Positions 59,788 through 64,000 of a DNA stretch of 64,000 nucleotides are shown here, in pieces. The stretch is from an uncultured virus (IMG/VR IMGVR_UViG_3300032213_002933). Taxonomy: Duplodnaviria; Heunggongvirae; Uroviricota; Caudoviricetes. Where the stretch lies: the IMG/VR virus record IMGVR_UViG_3300032213_002933; one strand, given 5' to 3'. Under the pieces are notes generated by a model. The model had not been told where the DNA came from, searched no databases, and worked only from the letters and a program-made list of their open reading frames with translations. Position 1 is the stretch's first letter; every line of letters starts with the position of its first letter. Made by a program: the position numbers and the translations under genes.

Positions 59788-60453
59788 TTAGTATCCTCTT
59801 CTTGAATTATGCATACCTAGGACAATGTCGCCAGATGCACTTAATTGACTAGCTGTTGATGATGATGATGAATAGGGTGATTGTCTAAAAAATTCTTGAT
59901 TATTAGTAATATGTCCGCCTATAACTGCGGCAGACGGCAATGTCCCACCCATTGCCGCTCCAGCTATTCCACCCATTAGTCCACCAGCAATTTTTCCAGC
60001 CCTGCCCATTGAAAGTGCGCCGCCTATTGCTCCACCTAACGCTGAACCAGTAACTGCGCCAGCAGCTCCGCCCATTGCTCCCGTAACGGCTGAAGTAGCT
60101 AGCATCCCAGTTCCTCCACCTGGGAATCCGGCATGCGTTGCCATAAAATCACCCGGCGCAGAAGCTTGAAGCATTCCTCCTCCAACTCCACCCATCATGC
60201 TTCCAACTAAGGTTCTAGCATTTAGATCTCTTCCAGTGAAATACTGGTCTGCATTTTCGTCTCCAAAGGCTGCACCTAGTGCTGCATCCTTAGTTGCCGG
60301 GCCAACTTTTGAGCCAACGCCCAGAGCTAACGCACCGACACCTAAAGCTCCCATCGCAGTTCTACTGGACAGAATTGAAGCTGGAGCTCTGCCTAATTTT
60401 TCCGCAGCACCTATCCCCACCCTTTTCCCAAAGTTTAATATTCCCATTTTCAC
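59788..60453 (-). CDS. glycine-zipper membrane-type protein
   Basis: multiple GxxxG hydrophobic helices (GAAGAVTGSALGGAIGGAL, AGGLMGGIAGAAMGG). Confidence 0.6.
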   Translation of the reverse strand: MKMGILNFGKRVGIGAAEKLGRAPASILSSRTAMGALGVGALALGVGSKVGPATKDAALGAAFGDENADQYFTGRDLNARTLVGSMMGGVGGGMLQASAPGDFMATHAGFPGGGTGMLATSAVTGAMGGAAGAVTGSALGGAIGGALSMGRAGKIAGGLMGGIAGAAMGGTLPSAAVIGGHITNNQEFFRQSPYSSSSSTASQLSASGDIVLGMHNSRRGY

Positions 60454-63400
60454 CCTCCGTAAAGGTGGTTGTATTTATTATTGCCCATTTGTGTGTGGCC
60501 TATTTTTCTATTGTCTAGATTTCCGACCACTCCAGCTGTAACTAGGGGATCTCTTCTGGCAGAATTTAGAGATGGTACCGAAGAGCCATAATTGCTTGAT
60601 GAGTTTTGGCGAAATGATTCAGTCGGTTGTTGTTCTAGGGTTTCGTTATATGAGTCTGTTTCTTTTTTTCTCTTACCTATATAGTAACCTCCAGCGAGCG
60701 CCGTTAAACCTAATGCTGCTATTCCTGCTGGACCTTTAAACTTATGATAATTTTCCACTGCCGTTGATAGTGGCGTTTGCCTTCTGCCAGATTTTAGATT
60801 GGTTATGGCTCTATTTAGTAAGTTGCTATCTTCAGACAATGCCTTTCCAACCTTAGAAGCGTCTGTCATAGCTGCCTCGTTCGCAGCCCTTAATCTACCC
60901 CTAGCTTGATCTCCACCGGCATCAATTACCTTCTTATCATATACATGCCCGAGAGCTAGAGTGTCACCTGCCTCGCCAAGAATATTAGCCTGAAGACTAG
61001 ATGTATCGTTAGCTATGTCCATTCCATTTTTACTTATAGCTTCTGTCATGCTCTCAACGACGGCTTGTGATTCTGTTGTATTTTCTCCAAAGCTGGCAAT
61101 GCCTACACCACGCTCTTCTATGGACGCAATCATCGATTCAATTATGTCTGGTTTTTCCATACCTTTATATGTTTCTTTAAACATTGCTGCTTGCGTATGA
61201 AGCTCATCCATATCTAAAGAGGTTATTTTATTTTTATAATTATCTGTTTCGATAAAGTCTGTGTGTAGTTGTTCTGCAATAGATCTTGCTGTCAATCCAG
61301 ATTCGTCCTGACCTTCTTTCCATACGAGGTTTAAGGTTTTGAACATCTTGCCTTGATCTTTTCTTTCTGCAACGCTGAAAGACACGGCAAGGTTTCCTTC
61401 TGCAATTTTTTCTCCCACGCTTACTGCGCTAGATGCTGATAATGACGGTGGTGACACGCTTAAGCTTTTAAAATAATCATAATCTAAAAGAATTTTCTTA
61501 GCCTGACCTTGTTCTCCCGCTAATCTAAATGATGATTGTTTCTTATAATGGCTAATGCCAAATTGAGAAGTAACATCTGCTATTTGATCATTTGCGGCGT
61601 AAGCAAACCTCTCTGTTATTTGTGCTGATAGGCCAGCCCCTAGATCTTCAAACCCTCCTAAGCTGGCCTTGGTGTGAACTTGAGTTGCTAGTGATGAAGT
61701 TCCGCTAGCCAATATATTGCTTATAACAGTTTCTTTCACTCCTAGGAATCCATACTTATTCCCAGCAGCTAGGGCTGATTGTGCGTGTGTAGTAAGTCTT
61801 GCACTAACTTTGCTTGCGTCATCAAAGTTGCCAAGGTTTAATCCAGAACTGAAATTCATTTTTGCTTCAAAAGATCCATTATTTCTCATAATATCTCTAA
61901 AGTGCATTTTACTTGGAGTGTCTGCAAAGTTCTTATAAAGATCACCAACACTATCTACATATTTTTCTGCATTGACCTCTGTAGCTTCGGTTAATCCTAA
62001 AGTTCTGTTCATCATGCCCATTGCCGAGTTCTGTTCGACTGTAATACCAAGGGACATTATTCGTTTTTCTGCTGCATTATATCTAAACTTTTGACCATAT
62101 GCATCTATCTCTTCTAGGTTTAAACCATTTCTAGCATCTGCCATCAATCCCCTTAGATGATCCTCAGCTTTAGTTCTTTCCAGAACCATTCCCTCTTGTG
62201 CTGCTCCAGTAAATAACTTAAAATTACCTTTATCAAATTTTATAAATCCTTGAGAAATGTTGTTATTCATCTGAGTTTGCACTAGAGATTTATTTGCGGA
62301 ATCTTCAAGCAGATCTCCTGCTAAGATATCTTGAAGTGAAATAGTAGCTCTAACTCCCGATATACCTTCTCCTTCAGCATACTTCATAGCTGTATCCGTT
62401 AGGAATTGTGGATCTGCAATATTTGTTACTGCGGTTGTTGCCGCTGATTTAAAAACAGTTTTCCTCGCCACATCTAATAATTGAGCAGGGGCTTGAGCAG
62501 ATACGTTACTTGGATCACGGAAATCTAACTTACCTGTATGCATGTACTTTAAAATGTAGTCTTGAAGCATGGTGTCAGTTTCAGCGATGTGCGATCCTTT
62601 AAATATCTGTTCAAATATTTGAGGGGCGTGCTGTTCATCTGCCATTAAATCTAATAAATTAGTATTCATAACAAAATTTTCTACACCGGCGTATGTTGCT
62701 TTGCCGCCAGTTGTTACATCTGCTAAAGACTCTGTCGAGAAGAATTTCTTAATATACTCTTCTCCACGAACAACTGAATCTGGTTCACTACCTATAGCCT
62801 GCTGAGCCTTATCAGTTATATAGGCCCTACCTAGTTCTAGCGTATCTATAACAAACGATAGATCTTCATTTTTCCTCTCAAGGAAAGTGGATACCAAATC
62901 TTTTAATTCAGTGCTAGATTGATACCCTTTCATTCCACTCATAGTTCTTATAGATTGTGTGATGTCAAAGTTGACGTTGTGTCCTGTTACCTGGTCAGCT
63001 TCATTTAGATGCGTAAAGACTTTTTTCATATTTTCTAAAAATTCTTCTTCACTATTTACAACGGTACCCATGTCCTCTGACCTGGAAAGAAATCCACTTA
63101 GTGTATCACTAAGCTGTGGACCAGCTAAGATTCCTCCCAGCCTAGGAGAGTTATATCCAAATTTTTCTACAGTCTTAGCCATATCATCTAAATTTGCTCT
63201 TTGAGCAAGTGATATTGATCTAACCTGTGAACCAGATCCAAGTCCAGTTGTTTCAACGTCAAACGTTATTATTTTTTTTGCACTTCCGTCTGCATTGGGC
63301 GTAAAATCTAATAACTTACTCATACCTTGAGCATCTCTGTCTTTCATCTTTCCTATCTGAAAAAGATTTCTTTCAAGGTCCTTCGATGACATAATATTTG

Positions 63401-63947
63401 TTGTACCAAATTTTATGTCTGCGATTGAATTAGATGTTGGGTCAATGTTGAATATTGTTTTGTTTAACATGACCTGAGCGGGGTGTTCCAATCCTTGGTC
63501 AACTTCAAACATTGCAGGAGTTCTATATGGACTTGACGACGGCATATGCTTACTGGGAAGTCCCGCATTGGAAAAAAGGTCTTCTATTTTTAGAACTGAC
63601 CCAGCAAATACATTCTCAAGTTTTTTTCTTGATTGCAAATTGAGTATACTTAAATCTATTGATCCGGTATTTCGCATCATATCAACATCTAGATTTTTAG
63701 CAAATGATCTCCTAACGTTTTTTATGTCAGAAAGTTCCTCATAATACTGATTCTCAAAATCCTTATACCTTGTCATGAAAGCGTCTTTATCACCATATAA
63801 TTGTTCCGCAAAAGTTTTATCAATTATTCTTTCGCCAATTCCGGCATTTTCGGGCCTACCTGCGGCTGTATGAGTCGATCTAAATAAACCTTTTTGTATA
63901 TTCTCAATTAGACCTTGAAATTTTTCGTGAATAGGTTTTGCTGCCAT
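60450..63947 (-). CDS. large protein with DEDDh 3'-5' exonuclease domain and C-terminal transmembrane-like helix
   Basis: ExoI FDVETTG (D230/E232), ExoII GHNVNFD (D328), IDTL, ExoIII HIAETD (H453/D458); AGIAALGLTALAGGYYI followed by KRKK. Confidence 0.75.
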   Translation of the reverse strand: MAAKPIHEKFQGLIENIQKGLFRSTHTAAGRPENAGIGERIIDKTFAEQLYGDKDAFMTRYKDFENQYYEELSDIKNVRRSFAKNLDVDMMRNTGSIDLSILNLQSRKKLENVFAGSVLKIEDLFSNAGLPSKHMPSSSPYRTPAMFEVDQGLEHPAQVMLNKTIFNIDPTSNSIADIKFGTTNIMSSKDLERNLFQIGKMKDRDAQGMSKLLDFTPNADGSAKKIITFDVETTGLGSGSQVRSISLAQRANLDDMAKTVEKFGYNSPRLGGILAGPQLSDTLSGFLSRSEDMGTVVNSEEEFLENMKKVFTHLNEADQVTGHNVNFDITQSIRTMSGMKGYQSSTELKDLVSTFLERKNEDLSFVIDTLELGRAYITDKAQQAIGSEPDSVVRGEEYIKKFFSTESLADVTTGGKATYAGVENFVMNTNLLDLMADEQHAPQIFEQIFKGSHIAETDTMLQDYILKYMHTGKLDFRDPSNVSAQAPAQLLDVARKTVFKSAATTAVTNIADPQFLTDTAMKYAEGEGISGVRATISLQDILAGDLLEDSANKSLVQTQMNNNISQGFIKFDKGNFKLFTGAAQEGMVLERTKAEDHLRGLMADARNGLNLEEIDAYGQKFRYNAAEKRIMSLGITVEQNSAMGMMNRTLGLTEATEVNAEKYVDSVGDLYKNFADTPSKMHFRDIMRNNGSFEAKMNFSSGLNLGNFDDASKVSARLTTHAQSALAAGNKYGFLGVKETVISNILASGTSSLATQVHTKASLGGFEDLGAGLSAQITERFAYAANDQIADVTSQFGISHYKKQSSFRLAGEQGQAKKILLDYDYFKSLSVSPPSLSASSAVSVGEKIAEGNLAVSFSVAERKDQGKMFKTLNLVWKEGQDESGLTARSIAEQLHTDFIETDNYKNKITSLDMDELHTQAAMFKETYKGMEKPDIIESMIASIEERGVGIASFGENTTESQAVVESMTEAISKNGMDIANDTSSLQANILGEAGDTLALGHVYDKKVIDAGGDQARGRLRAANEAAMTDASKVGKALSEDSNLLNRAITNLKSGRRQTPLSTAVENYHKFKGPAGIAALGLTALAGGYYIGKRKKETDSYNETLEQQPTESFRQNSSSNYGSSVPSLNSARRDPLVTAGVVGNLDNRKIGHTQMGNNKYNHLYGG

Positions 63948-64000
63948 TATTCTTTAATTTCTGAACTCGGTATTTCTATATAGTCATCTTTATCATAAAT
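63947..64000 (-). CDS. 3' end of an upstream gene (partial)
   Basis: open frame IYDKDDYIEIPSSEIKE* whose TAA overlaps the next ATG (TAATG). Confidence 0.55.
   Translation of the reverse strand: MYDKDDYIEIPSSEIKE

Noticed and set aside
829..63204. Numerous plus-strand ORFs in the track (e.g. 36664-37413, 20927-21529, 6204-6686)
   Set aside because: All lie antisense to long minus-strand genes and have shadow-frame composition with no recognisable motifs
1..64000. Stop-codon reassignment, as seen in some large phages
   Set aside because: Genes are intact and densely packed in the standard code, and TAA, TAG and TGA all terminate genes
1..64000. Complete DGR cassette (template repeat, RT, Avd)
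   Set aside because: No second copy of the variable-region-like segment and no RT motifs seen in this window
1..64000. tRNA genes, integrase or transposase
   Set aside because: Intergenic gaps are short and no cloverleaf or recombinase motifs were recognised

Overview
The whole window is the virion morphogenesis region of a large contractile-tailed (myovirus-type) dsDNA phage. About 38 genes lie on the minus strand, tightly packed and often translationally coupled, and read in the standard genetic code. In transcription order (64000 to 1): a 1165-aa DEDDh exonuclease with a C-terminal hydrophobic helix, two Gly/Ala-rich membrane-type proteins, large terminase, a ~10-kb fibre/adhesin block, portal, a GT-A glycosyltransferase, protease-scaffold, capsid decoration protein, major capsid protein, neck/fibre and head-tail joining genes, two sheath paralogues, three tube paralogues, two tail chaperones, a tape-measure-like protein, a 1611-aa protein, a 3748-aa baseplate hub, a dual peptidoglycan hydrolase, a split spike and a gp25-like wedge protein. 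The main leads are: (1) the 1611-aa tail-module protein carries an ordered set of motifs resembling a divergent single-subunit two-barrel RNA polymerase (candidate virion RNAP); (2) the giant hub ends in a staphylococcal-nuclease domain; (3) an Ala-Thr-Pro tripeptide is strongly enriched in head/neck/sheath proteins next to a glycosyltransferase, suggesting a virion glycosylation sequon; (4) a 22-nt match to 23S rRNA helix 69 lies just after the capsid stop codon; (5) a C-type-lectin domain with DGR-like codon signature is inserted into an Ig repeat. All assignments come from motif recognition by eye and gene order. No database searches were run, and the host is unknown.
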